From: Vulcanimicrobiota bacterium
Lineage (GTDB): Bacteria > Vulcanimicrobiota > Vulcanimicrobiia > Eremiobacterales > Eremiobacteraceae
Length of the DNA: 64,000 nt
Assembly (NCBI GenBank): GCA_963812135.1
Contig: CAWETU010000005.1
Location: 128,001-192,000, forward strand
Direction of reading: 5' to 3'
Made by a program: the position numbers and the translations under genes. Below the pieces are notes generated by a model that did no database searches, had not been told where the DNA came from, and worked only from the letters and a program-made list of their open reading frames with translations. Shown here piece by piece: positions 54,890 to 64,000 of this stretch (position 1 is its first letter; each line of letters starts with the position of its first letter).

Positions 54890-56473
54890 ATGTCCAACCG
54901 GCAACCCACTGTGCTGGTCGCCGAACCGCTTGCCGCCGAGGGCGTCGCGGTGTTGCGCGATGGCGGCGTCGAGGTGCGCGAGGCCTTCGATCAGACCGCC
55001 GCCGCACTGCGGTCGCAGCTGCGCGACGTCGACGCGCTCATCGTGCGCAGCAAGACGAAGGTCGACGCCGAGATGCTCGCGGGTGCGCCGGCGCTACGCG
55101 TGGTAGGCCGGGCAGGCGTCGGCGTGGACGCGATCGATGTCGCGGCGGCGACCCGCCACGGCATCGTCGTCCTCAACACGCCGGACGCGAGCACGCTGGC
55201 GACGGCCGAGCATACGATGGCGGTTATGCTGGCGCTTTGCAGGCACCTGAGCGCGGGTCACGCCCGCATCCAAGATGGTAATTGGAGCGCAAAGGGACTG
55301 CTTGGCACTGAGCTCGCCGGCAAGACGCTGGGCGTCGTCGGGCTGGGCCGGATCGGCGCTGCGGTGGCAGCCCGCGCCCGTGCCTTCGGGATGACCGTCA
55401 TCGCGCACGACGCGTTCGTCAGCGAGGCGCGCGCCGAAGCGCTGGGGGCCAAGCTCGTCTCGCTCGACGATCTCTTGACGCGTTCGGATTTTGTCACGCT
55501 GCACGCGCCGCTGACCGCGCAGACGCAGGGCATGATCGGCGAACGGGAGATCGCGCTGATGAAGTCGGGCGCGCGGCTCGTCAACTGCGCGCGCGGCGAC
55601 CTGCTCGTTGAGAGCGCGTTGTTGGCTGCACTCGACTCCGGCCATCTGGCCGGCGCGGCGCTCGACGTGGTCCGAGACGAACCGCCGGCTGGCGATGCCC
55701 CGGTCTGGCGGCTGCTGCACCATCCAAAGGTGTTCGCCACTCCTCACCTGGCGGGCTCGACGCGCGAGGCGCAAGCGCGCATCGCTGCAGATCTGTGCCG
55801 CGACGTGCTCGCGGTCTTGCACGGTCAACCGGTGTCGGGCTCGGTCAACGCACCGATCGCGCCGTCGGCCGCGATGCAGCCATTCGTCGAGCTCGCGAAC
55901 GTGCTTGGCCGCGCGTACGCGCAAGTGTCGCGCGAACCGGCGCTGCCCGGATTCTCGCTGACGTTCGAGGGCGAGCTGTCCGATCTCGATCCACGGCCGT
56001 TCGTGGCTGCGTTCTTGGTCGGCTTGCTGCGCGACGTCACCGACCGCCGCGTCTCCGTGGTGAACTCGAGCCAGGTCGCGATCGAATTGGGCATCTCGAT
56101 CGAAACGCTGGCGGCGCCGTGCGAGCGCGGCTTCGCGCGGGCGCTCTCCGTACGCGGCGGCAAAACGTCGCTGGCCGGCACGGTGGTACACGGAGAACAG
56201 TTGCGGCTCGTCGAGATCGACGGCTTTGAGATCGACTTGGTGCCAAAAGGTCATGTCATCGTCACGCGCCACGCCGATGTGCCCGGCATCGTTGGCAAAA
56301 CGGGCACGATCCTTGGCGAGTCCGCGTTGAACATCTCCACGATGAACGTCGCGCGGCGCGATGACGGCGAGGCGCTCATGGTGCTGGGCGTCGATCGCGC
56401 GCCCGGACCGGACGTGCTTGAACTCGTGCGCGGCATCGACGGACTCCACGACGCGCGCAGCATCGAATTGTGA
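54890..56473 (+). CDS. serA: D-3-phosphoglycerate dehydrogenase (long form with ASB/ACT domains)
   Basis: GRAGVGVD, TAEHT, GLGRIG, NCARG, TPHLAGST, C-terminal ACT H.DVPG. Confidence 0.93.
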   Translation: MSNRQPTVLVAEPLAAEGVAVLRDGGVEVREAFDQTAAALRSQLRDVDALIVRSKTKVDAEMLAGAPALRVVGRAGVGVDAIDVAAATRHGIVVLNTPDASTLATAEHTMAVMLALCRHLSAGHARIQDGNWSAKGLLGTELAGKTLGVVGLGRIGAAVAARARAFGMTVIAHDAFVSEARAEALGAKLVSLDDLLTRSDFVTLHAPLTAQTQGMIGEREIALMKSGARLVNCARGDLLVESALLAALDSGHLAGAALDVVRDEPPAGDAPVWRLLHHPKVFATPHLAGSTREAQARIAADLCRDVLAVLHGQPVSGSVNAPIAPSAAMQPFVELANVLGRAYAQVSREPALPGFSLTFEGELSDLDPRPFVAAFLVGLLRDVTDRRVSVVNSSQVAIELGISIETLAAPCERGFARALSVRGGKTSLAGTVVHGEQLRLVEIDGFEIDLVPKGHVIVTRHADVPGIVGKTGTILGESALNISTMNVARRDDGEALMVLGVDRAPGPDVLELVRGIDGLHDARSIEL

Positions 56474-57102
56474 CGCTGCTCTTCGTGCGCCACGGCGAAT
56501 CGACGTGGAATGTCGAGGGCCGTTTTCAAGGGCGTCAAGATCCGCCGCTCTCCGAACTCGGCGAGCGCCAAGCGCGCGCGGTCGCGCGACGGCTGGCTGT
56601 GCACGAGCATCCGGCCGCGATCGTCGCCAGTCCGCTCACGCGCGCGCGCAGGACGGCCGAGATCATCGGCGAGGCATGCGGCGTGCCGGTGGCGCTCGAC
56701 GAGCGGCTCGTTGAGATCTCGCACGGGGAATGGGAAGGTCTGCTGCGCTCGGAGATCGCGCGACGCTGGCCGGCAGAACTTGCGCTCTGGCAAACAGCTC
56801 CATGGACGGTCGAATTCCCGCACGGGGAGTCAGTGGCTCGTGTGCGCGCCCGTTTCGAATCGTTCATGCGCGACGCGGCGAGGCATCCTTCCCCCTTGGT
56901 CGTCTGCACGCATGACGTGATCATCCGTCTGGCCCGGTTGTGGGCGGCAGGCGAAGCCGACGACCGATTCGCCTCCCTCAAGGGCGAGAACGCTGCGGTC
57001 ATGGAGATCGAGGTGGGGCCGAGCGGCCCGGCACTCGTGCGTGCGAACGATACTTCCCACCTCGAAGGACTACGCAGCGATTTGGCCCGCCAAGCGCTGT
57101 AG
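56470..57102 (+). CDS. Histidine phosphatase, probable metal-independent phosphoserine phosphatase (iPSP/PspA type)
   Basis: RHGES, RFQG, EISHG, GES, H, NDTSHL...QAL; GTGA-coupled to serA. Confidence 0.75.
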   Translation: MTLLFVRHGESTWNVEGRFQGRQDPPLSELGERQARAVARRLAVHEHPAAIVASPLTRARRTAEIIGEACGVPVALDERLVEISHGEWEGLLRSEIARRWPAELALWQTAPWTVEFPHGESVARVRARFESFMRDAARHPSPLVVCTHDVIIRLARLWAAGEADDRFASLKGENAAVMEIEVGPSGPALVRANDTSHLEGLRSDLARQAL

Positions 57103-57139
57103 AGCCGTCCCCGTTGGGTGGCCGGCATTTTTCGGTCAT

Positions 57140-57209
57140 CTATTAATTATTTAATTGACAAGGCATCGGCGGCCGTAGTAAAGTAATCGGCAGCTACTAA
57201 TTCCTTAAT
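57140..57209 (+). promoter_or_regulatory. Promoter with two repeated operator-like boxes upstream of the blaI-like gene
   Basis: TTGACA 57155-57160 and TAAAGT 57179-57184; boxes CTATTAATTATTTAAT (57140) and CTACTAATTCCTTAAT (57194), 13/16 identical. Confidence 0.6.
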
Positions 57210-57226
57210 ATGTCGGGAGGTCGCGC

Positions 57227-57613
57227 TTGGCCCGCAAGAAATCCCCGACCCTTACCGAGGCGGAGTTGCGCCTCATGGAAGTGCTTTGGGATAAGCGCTC
57301 TGCGACCGTCGGCGAAGTGCTCGCCGGACTGCCCGAAGAAACCGCGCTCGCGTATAGCACCGTGCTCACCACATTACGCATTCTCGAGACCAAGGGCTAC
57401 GTCGCGCACGCAGAATCGGGGCGCGCCTTTGTCTATCGCCCGCTCGTCGGCCGCGACGAAGCGCGGCGCAGCGCGACGCAGCAACTAGTCCGACGCTTCT
57501 TTGACAATTCACCCGAACTGTTGGCACTCAGCCTGCTCGAGCAAGAGAACATCGACGACCAAGAGCTTCAACGCCTCAAGCGGTTGATCGAACGCAGCAA
57601 GGAGAACTCGTGA
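57227..57613 (+). CDS. BlaI/MecI/CopY-family repressor
   Basis: LTEAELRLMEVLW, AYSTVLT.L..LETKG, GRAFVY. Confidence 0.93.
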   Translation: MARKKSPTLTEAELRLMEVLWDKRSATVGEVLAGLPEETALAYSTVLTTLRILETKGYVAHAESGRAFVYRPLVGRDEARRSATQQLVRRFFDNSPELLALSLLEQENIDDQELQRLKRLIERSKENS

Positions 57614-59892
57614 TGCAGGTGTGGCTGCAACTCGGGGAGACATTCGCGCGCGTCAGCGTCGGCGCGATCCTGAACAGCCTGTGGGAAGCGATCGCGCTCG
57701 CGCTCATCGCGTGGCTCGTGCTGCGCGCCGTGCCGCGTGCCAACGCCTCATTGCGTTATGGCCTGTGGTGCGTCGCGCTTCTTGCCGTGCTCGTCCTGCC
57801 GGTGATCGCCTTGTATGCCGGCTCCGCTCCGCCTGCGGCGGCGGCGCCTAGTGCCGATCCGGCCGTCTTAGTCCCGCAGCGCTTCGCCCAATTCTTGTTC
57901 GCGCTCTGGTATGTGGTGGCCACGATCCTCGTGCTGCGCCTCATCGTGAGCTACGTCCGCCTCCAACAGCTCAAAGCAAGCGCGCAGCCAGTGCCGCCGC
58001 TGTACCAGCATCGCGTGCGACGCTGGCTCGCGGCGACGGGCGGAAAACGCGAGTGCCGGCTGTGCATGTCGGACAAAGTCCCGATGCCGGTCGCGATCGG
58101 CCTGCTCGATCCCGTCATCATCTTGCCGGAGCGTCTGCTCGAGCAGTTATCCGATGACGAGCTCGACCAAGTGGGCCTGCACGAGCTGTCGCACTTGCAG
58201 CGCTGGGACGATTACACCAACGTCTTCCAGAAGATCGCCGAGGCGCTGCTGTTCTTCAACCCAGCCGTCTATCTCATCGGGCGCCAGCTCACGCTCGAAC
58301 GCGAGATCGCGTGCGATGACCGCGTCATCGCGGCGACCGGCAAACCGCTGACCTATGCAGCGTGCCTCACGCGCCTCGTCGAAGCCACCGCGCTGACTCG
58401 CCAAGCGCTGCCGGCGCTCGCCGCACTGTCCACGCGCCGCCAGTTCGCCATCCGCATCGAGCGGCTGCTCGACAAGCACCGCAATGTGTTCCCGCTCGCC
58501 TCGGGCCTCGCCGCGATCGCGGCCTGCTTGGCGATGGCCGGCGCGCTTGCCGTCGCTTCGCGGTTGAGCCCGCTCGTCGCGGTGATTCCGGCCCCCCAGA
58601 GCTTTGGCCCCATGACCGCCACAGCCGCGGCACCCATGGCCCGAGCACCTCGAACGATCGCTGAAATTTTAGTCCTGTCGCGGCACGCGGCGGCTGATGC
58701 CGCCGCCACGGCTGCGGTCCGTCCGGCGATCCTCGTTCGCCGCATCGTCACCGCTGTGCCGCGCGTCGTAAGTGTTGCGCGTTCCAACGCCGTGGGAACG
58801 CGCAACTTCACCATTGTGAGTCACGAGACGATCGAAGTCATCGGGGTTCATGCGTCGCACGTCAAGCAGATCGCGCTTGAGGATATGACAAAGCACTTGC
58901 CTGCGCTTGCGACCTTCAATCTGCGCTTCAAGTCGCTGACGAACGAAGTGTACAAGCTCAAGGTCTTCGTCGATCCCGCGCACATCCACGTGATGCGAGC
59001 ACCCGCGGGCGGCCACGTGCCAGCGCACGATCTGGCTGCCGTCACCGCGGCCTACGCCGCAGACTCCGCGAGGTTTGGGACGGACTCAGTCGCGTACGCG
59101 CATACCTCGGCGCAATACGCGAAAGACGCTGACAAATACGCCAAGGATAGCCAGCCGGTGACGGCCGCTGCCCCGCAGGCCCCGTCGGCCAGCATTTCGG
59201 AGACGGACAACGTCCCCGTCCTTGCTGCCTCGTTGCACGCGCTCCCACCCAACTCGCGCGTGGACGTCATCGAGCAGCTCGCCGCGCATCTCGAAGACGT
59301 GCAAGCGCGCGAAGCGCTCATCGATGCAATGTTGCACGACGCATCCGTCACGGTCAAGTTGCGGGCGGTCGAAGCGCTCGGTGCGGAGGTTCAACAGGTC
59401 GAGGAACAAGCGGCCCTGATCCGCGGACTGCGCGCGTCGGACTCCGTCAGGGTGAAGATCGCGATCATCGGCGCGCTCGAGAGCGCGACGTGCGACCAAG
59501 CCGTGCTGCAAGGCCTCGTGTTCGCCTTCGGCAACGGCCAGCCGCAAGCGGTGCAACTCGCCGCGGTGGACGCTCTCACGAGCGTCGCCGACAATCCGGA
59601 TGGCCAGGCCGCGCTGGTCGCAGCGTTCAACAGCGCGAGCAGCCCGCGCGTGAAGACCAGCATCATCAAAGCGCTCATGGACAACGTGCGTGAGCCGGTC
59701 GTGCGTCGCGCGCTTGCGGCCGCATTGCGTTCCGATCAGCCGATATCGGTGCAGCTGGCCGCCGTGGAGGCGCTGGCGCCGGCGATCGACGACCCTGAAG
59801 TTCGCGCGGTACTCGAAGAGGCGGGCGGATCGGGCAGCGACATCGTGCGCTCGACCATCAAGCGGGCGCTCGCGGAATTCGCGTCACCGTAG
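57610..59892 (+). CDS. M56 (BlaR1-type) metallopeptidase with C-terminal HEAT-like repeats
   Basis: HELSH zinc motif, FFNP, EREIACD; repeated V(K/Q)L.AV.AL helices. Confidence 0.85.
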   Translation: MMQVWLQLGETFARVSVGAILNSLWEAIALALIAWLVLRAVPRANASLRYGLWCVALLAVLVLPVIALYAGSAPPAAAAPSADPAVLVPQRFAQFLFALWYVVATILVLRLIVSYVRLQQLKASAQPVPPLYQHRVRRWLAATGGKRECRLCMSDKVPMPVAIGLLDPVIILPERLLEQLSDDELDQVGLHELSHLQRWDDYTNVFQKIAEALLFFNPAVYLIGRQLTLEREIACDDRVIAATGKPLTYAACLTRLVEATALTRQALPALAALSTRRQFAIRIERLLDKHRNVFPLASGLAAIAACLAMAGALAVASRLSPLVAVIPAPQSFGPMTATAAAPMARAPRTIAEILVLSRHAAADAAATAAVRPAILVRRIVTAVPRVVSVARSNAVGTRNFTIVSHETIEVIGVHASHVKQIALEDMTKHLPALATFNLRFKSLTNEVYKLKVFVDPAHIHVMRAPAGGHVPAHDLAAVTAAYAADSARFGTDSVAYAHTSAQYAKDADKYAKDSQPVTAAAPQAPSASISETDNVPVLAASLHALPPNSRVDVIEQLAAHLEDVQAREALIDAMLHDASVTVKLRAVEALGAEVQQVEEQAALIRGLRASDSVRVKIAIIGALESATCDQAVLQGLVFAFGNGQPQAVQLAAVDALTSVADNPDGQAALVAAFNSASSPRVKTSIIKALMDNVREPVVRRALAAALRSDQPISVQLAAVEALAPAIDDPEVRAVLEEAGGSGSDIVRSTIKRALAEFASP

Positions 59893-59905
59893 CGCTCTGC
59901 GCACA

Positions 59906-61486
59906 TCACGGGAAGTATTCGACGCTGAGCGTCGGCAATGCGTAGTGCACCTGGTAGAGCGAGCCGACCAATGACTTGCAGCCAAGTTGGGATTGGAGGG
60001 TTTGTTCACCCTCATGCGAGGAGCGGAAGACAAATCCATAGTTGGGTGTGGTGCCTTGCAGCCACTGGCGCACTGGCGCGGTGACGTCGAAGTTGCCGCT
60101 GAATCCTGAGCCTTCAGCGCGCGTATCAAACGTATTGAGGGCGAGCCATGGATCGCCTTGCCACCAGGCGCTCGTGCCCGTGCCGATCTCGGTAATGCAC
60201 GAATAGCCCGCCGCTTCGCTTATCCAGGTTTCCGGCATCCCGTTCGTACCCTTGGCAAGCCACCCGTCGCTGATTGACGGAAGATAGAGCGTGGCTTTCC
60301 AGAGTTTTTTCCCTTTGAGTTTGGAAAGATCGAAAACGACAGCGGCGCGCCACCACTGGCTGTCGTGGTACGCGCAGTTTCCATTATCGTGGCCGTCGTA
60401 CGCATACCCGACGATCATGTCATCATGATCGTCGAAGGAGTTGGTTTCCTTTCCCCCCAGGCAGACGAACCCCGGGTGATCGTGCACGAGAGTTGTGCTC
60501 GTATTGATGTGTTGTGCACTAAGGATTACGGTAGTCGTGCCGACGGTCGTCGACACGCACTTCTGCGTGCTTTCCGGCGATTCGGTAGAGCCCTTGTACG
60601 CGGTGACGACGTAGCATTTCCCCTGCCAAGTGCCGTCGCTTGGTTTGTCCACGCCGTACACGGTGACGTTGGTACCCTGAGCCTGAGTTGCGATCAACGC
60701 ATGCTGGCCGGCGTCGACCCGATAGACCTTGTAGCCGTCGACAGCCGTCGGACAGCCGTTGCAATTGCGCGGCGACCAATCCCAAACCAACGTGAGGAGG
60801 CTCTTGACCGATGCGGCGCACGCCAGCGGGCCGGCCAGCGGCACAGGGAAATGCTGCGAGCAAACGGCGGAATCGCTCGTGTAGTCCAAATTCCTCGGTG
60901 CTGGGATGGCAGGCCCACCTGCGTAGTTGTTGGGCTGCACGAGCGAATATGGCGATGGGGTATGCTGCGGCGGCGCCGTCGCCCGCAAGCCGGTCGCTAC
61001 CGACACCGGCGGAGTGCAAAACGCGGGCGGAAAATCGACGGGAATCGCAAGCGTATTGCCTCCGTACATTTTGAAGGTCGCGTTGAAGACGTGGTGTCCT
61101 TGCATATCGTTCGAATTCTTCAGACCCACGAGGGGCACGTCGACGGCGACGCCGTTGTTCACTGGGATGGCGGGCAGACTCGCGCCGCCAGCCCATGCCG
61201 GGTTCGCGCTATCTTGCACATGAAGGGCGTTGAAGTCGCTGATCGCGGGGCTGGCACCGGTGCCGAAGTTCCGGACTGTCAGGCGAAACGTGATCGCTAC
61301 CTCGCCCCACGCGCACGGGCTCGCGAGGACGTACGGCGGCGTGTAGTGTTCGCTGACCACCAAGTTGGGCACGCCGACCATATACTGCGGCGCGGTGACT
61401 GGAACCGGCTCAGCCAGCGCGGCAGCGGCACTGAGCGAAACAAGCAGCGCGAACATGACGAATTTGACAGACCCAGTCAAAGGCAT
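59906..61486 (-). CDS. Secreted multi-domain protein (CARDB/Ig-like, FN3-like, DNRLRE-like)
   Basis: Signal peptide; VRNFGTG, DGYKVYR..YVVTAY, FDLS..ATL, FDVTAPVRQW..TPNYG. Confidence 0.65.
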   Translation of the reverse strand: MPLTGSVKFVMFALLVSLSAAAALAEPVPVTAPQYMVGVPNLVVSEHYTPPYVLASPCAWGEVAITFRLTVRNFGTGASPAISDFNALHVQDSANPAWAGGASLPAIPVNNGVAVDVPLVGLKNSNDMQGHHVFNATFKMYGGNTLAIPVDFPPAFCTPPVSVATGLRATAPPQHTPSPYSLVQPNNYAGGPAIPAPRNLDYTSDSAVCSQHFPVPLAGPLACAASVKSLLTLVWDWSPRNCNGCPTAVDGYKVYRVDAGQHALIATQAQGTNVTVYGVDKPSDGTWQGKCYVVTAYKGSTESPESTQKCVSTTVGTTTVILSAQHINTSTTLVHDHPGFVCLGGKETNSFDDHDDMIVGYAYDGHDNGNCAYHDSQWWRAAVVFDLSKLKGKKLWKATLYLPSISDGWLAKGTNGMPETWISEAAGYSCITEIGTGTSAWWQGDPWLALNTFDTRAEGSGFSGNFDVTAPVRQWLQGTTPNYGFVFRSSHEGEQTLQSQLGCKSLVGSLYQVHYALPTLSVEYFP

Positions 61487-61554
61487 AGCCCGACCTCTTC
61501 TCAACCCATTTCCCGATGAACGTACGCGAGGCGTCGAAAGTGCCCTTTGCCGGA

Positions 61555-62049
61555 CTACGTCTTGAGGGGCTCGATCCGAACGCGGTCCATCTTGTCACCG
61601 ACCTTGATCTTCTGGACTTTATCAAAGCCCTCGGTGACCTGACCGAAGACCGTGTATTGCCCGTCCAAGAACGGCGCGGGATCCAAACAGATGTAGAACT
61701 GCGAGCCGGCCGAGTTCGGCGACTGCGCGCGCGCCATCGCCACGGTGCCCTGCAAGTGCTTCTGCTTGTTGAACTCCTCGCGCAGATTGTAACCGGGACC
61801 GCCGCGGCCGGTGCCTTCGGGGCAACCGCCTTGCACCACGAAGCCAGGCTCGACGCGATGAAACGTCAGGCCATCATAAAAGCCGGCACGGGCGAGCTTG
61901 ATGAACGCAGCGACGGTTGTCGGCGCATCCTCTGCATAGAACTTGAAGACGATATCGCCGTGCTTTGTGGTGACGCGCGCTTGCAGCGTTTTGGCGTCGC
62001 GCGAAAGCGTCGTCGCCTCATCGGCGGTCGGTGGAACGTGAACTGCCAC
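61555..62049 (-). CDS. Cyclophilin-type peptidyl-prolyl isomerase
   Basis: FYDGLTFHRV, QGG, AMAR, SAGSQFYI, LDGQYTVFGQV. Confidence 0.95.
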   Translation of the reverse strand: MAVHVPPTADEATTLSRDAKTLQARVTTKHGDIVFKFYAEDAPTTVAAFIKLARAGFYDGLTFHRVEPGFVVQGGCPEGTGRGGPGYNLREEFNKQKHLQGTVAMARAQSPNSAGSQFYICLDPAPFLDGQYTVFGQVTEGFDKVQKIKVGDKMDRVRIEPLKT

Positions 62050-62106
62050 TGGTAACGCCTCCCTCTATTAAAGGGAATCGGCAGGCGCCGCGCCGCAAAT
62101 GAGGTC

Positions 62107-63936
62107 ATGCTCGGCGGATCGACCCCGTTCCACATGATGTACGCGATGGGAGCGCCCCCGGACGGCCAGGCGAAGCCGCCCAAGGTCGAACTGCGCCGCA
62201 TCCTGCGCTATTTCGCCCCGTACTGGCGCCAGGAAGCCCTGGTGCTTGCCTGCATCCTGATCACGACCAGCCTCGGCCAGTTGCCGCCGCTGTACACCAA
62301 ATGGATCATCGACGACTCGATCGCCAAACGCGACCTCCATTCGTTGTGGGTCTATGTCGGCGCGATGATCGGCGTCTCGCTGCTCGCGGCGGCGATCGGC
62401 GTGTGGCAAGGCTACCTCAACGCCGCGGTCGGCGAGGGCATCATGCGAGACATGCGCGATGCGCTCGTCCAGCATCTGCATCGCATGCCATTGTCGTTCT
62501 TCACCTCGACCAAGACCGGCGAGATCATGAACCGCGTGTCGAGCGACGTCGACGCCATCGACAACGTCGTCACCGGCACGCTCGTCACGATCGTCACCAA
62601 CGTGTTGATGATCGTCACAACGCTGATCGCGATCTTTCTCCTCGATTGGCGGCTCGCGTTGCTCTCGCTCATCGTCGTGCCGCTCATGGTGATCCCGCTC
62701 GGGCCGGTCGGCCGCACGATGTACGCCGTGCGCAAGAAGACGCGCGAACAGCGCGACAAGATCGAGAGCCTCATCCAAGAGACGCTCTCGCTCTCCGGCA
62801 TCACGCTTGTGAAGTCGTTTGTGCGCGAACGCCAGGAGGCGCAGCGCTTCCACGAAGCCGGCACCGACCTGATGAACATGGAGATCCGCTTAGCGCTCGT
62901 GGGCCGATGGTTCATCGCGCTGGTCGGCGCGCTCGTCGTCATCGGTCCGGCGATCATCTGGCTCGGCGGCGGCTGGCTGGCGATCGAGCGCGGCCTGCAA
63001 GTCGGCACGATCGTCGCGTTCGTCGCGTATCTCGCCCGATTGTACGGCCCGGCTGCGTCGCTCGTCTCCGTCCAGGTCCAGGTCGTGAGCGCGGCTGCCG
63101 TGTTCGAACGCATCTTCAATTATTTGGACATGGCGCCCGAGGCCCCGCAACGACCCGACGCGATCTCGCTCACCGATGTGCGCGGCGAGGTCGCGTTCGA
63201 CCACGTCCGCTTCCGCTACATCGAAGATCGCTGGGCGCTCGACGACGTCTCATTCCTCGCCAAGCCCGGTCAGCTGGTCGCGTTTGTCGGACCGAGCGGC
63301 GCCGGCAAAACGACGATCATGAACCTCGTACCGCGCTTTTACGATCCGCAAGAGGGCCGCGTCCTGCTCGACGGGCATGACGTGCGCGATCTCACGCTGG
63401 AATCGCTGCGCGGGAGCATCGGTATCGTCGCCCAAGAAACCTATCTGTTCCACACGACGGTTCGGGAAAATCTACTGTACGGCAACCCGAATGCGAGCGA
63501 AGCAGACCTGATCGCGGCGTGCAAGGCGGCGAACATCTACGACCTCATCGCCTCGCTGCCCGGCGGGTTCGACACGGTCGTCGGCGAACGCGGCCTCAAG
63601 CTCTCGGGCGGCGAACGCCAGCGGGTTGCGATCGCACGCGTGCTGCTCAAGAACCCGCGCGTGCTCATCTTGGACGAAGCGACCAGCTCCCTGGACTCGA
63701 CTTCAGAACAGCTGATCCAAGCGGCGCTCGAGCCGCTCATGCGCGGGCGCACCAGCTTGGTGATCGCGCACCGGCTCTCGACCGTCGTGCGGGCAGACGT
63801 GCTCCACGTCGTCAACGCCGGGCGAATCGTCGAGTCCGGCACGCATCATGATCTTCTCGCGCGCGGCGGCCTCTATGCGGAGCTCTATCGCGCGCAGTTC
63901 AAGGACGGCGCGTTGGAAGGACAGACGATCTCGTGA
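62107..63936 (+). CDS. ABC exporter, fused permease/ATP-binding
   Basis: TM domain, GPSGAGKTT, LSGGERQR, LDEATS, IAHRLS. Confidence 0.95.
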   Translation: MLGGSTPFHMMYAMGAPPDGQAKPPKVELRRILRYFAPYWRQEALVLACILITTSLGQLPPLYTKWIIDDSIAKRDLHSLWVYVGAMIGVSLLAAAIGVWQGYLNAAVGEGIMRDMRDALVQHLHRMPLSFFTSTKTGEIMNRVSSDVDAIDNVVTGTLVTIVTNVLMIVTTLIAIFLLDWRLALLSLIVVPLMVIPLGPVGRTMYAVRKKTREQRDKIESLIQETLSLSGITLVKSFVRERQEAQRFHEAGTDLMNMEIRLALVGRWFIALVGALVVIGPAIIWLGGGWLAIERGLQVGTIVAFVAYLARLYGPAASLVSVQVQVVSAAAVFERIFNYLDMAPEAPQRPDAISLTDVRGEVAFDHVRFRYIEDRWALDDVSFLAKPGQLVAFVGPSGAGKTTIMNLVPRFYDPQEGRVLLDGHDVRDLTLESLRGSIGIVAQETYLFHTTVRENLLYGNPNASEADLIAACKAANIYDLIASLPGGFDTVVGERGLKLSGGERQRVAIARVLLKNPRVLILDEATSSLDSTSEQLIQAALEPLMRGRTSLVIAHRLSTVVRADVLHVVNAGRIVESGTHHDLLARGGLYAELYRAQFKDGALEGQTIS

Positions 63937-64000
63937 CGCCACAGCAACTCACTCCGATCATCTTCGTCGTGGCCATCCTGCTGGTCATCGGCATTCGTAT
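63933..64000 (+). CDS. Membrane protein, N-terminal fragment (truncated by window end)
   Basis: GTGA overlap; MTPQQLTPIIFVVAILLVIGIR. Confidence 0.5.
   Translation, partial: MTPQQLTPIIFVVAILLVIGIR

Overview
GC-rich bacterial chromosomal window with about 55 genes. I found no rRNA, tRNA, CRISPR array, integrase or transposase. The long TonB-dependent receptor and the many Pro/Thr-rich secreted proteins suggest a diderm soil bacterium, possibly Eremiobacterota/Vulcanimicrobiota; that is an inference, not a marker-gene result. The highlight is a compact split-borosin RiPP locus at about 18.0-24.0 kb. It has an 86-aa precursor (SonA-like helical binding domain plus a Pro-rich C-terminal core), an OphMA/SonM-type peptide backbone alpha-N-methyltransferase, a co-oriented AAA-ATPase/LuxR regulator and a divergent secreted S9 peptidase. 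Other content: a split 4-hydroxybenzoyl-CoA-reductase-like Mo enzyme (large subunit frameshifted), desaturase-cfa-SRPBCC, a type-E (CCG-anchor) succinate dehydrogenase, an ECF sigma with an anti-sigma-DUF4349 fusion, a CecR-type efflux operon, tandem YkgJ-family genes, amtB, serA-pspA, BlaI/M56-HEAT and a decayed or low-quality segment at 37.1-39.2 kb. Outside the ORF track I found two small ORFs, a structured leader RNA candidate and GTAG-type REP hairpins. All family assignments come from motif recognition by eye, not database searches.
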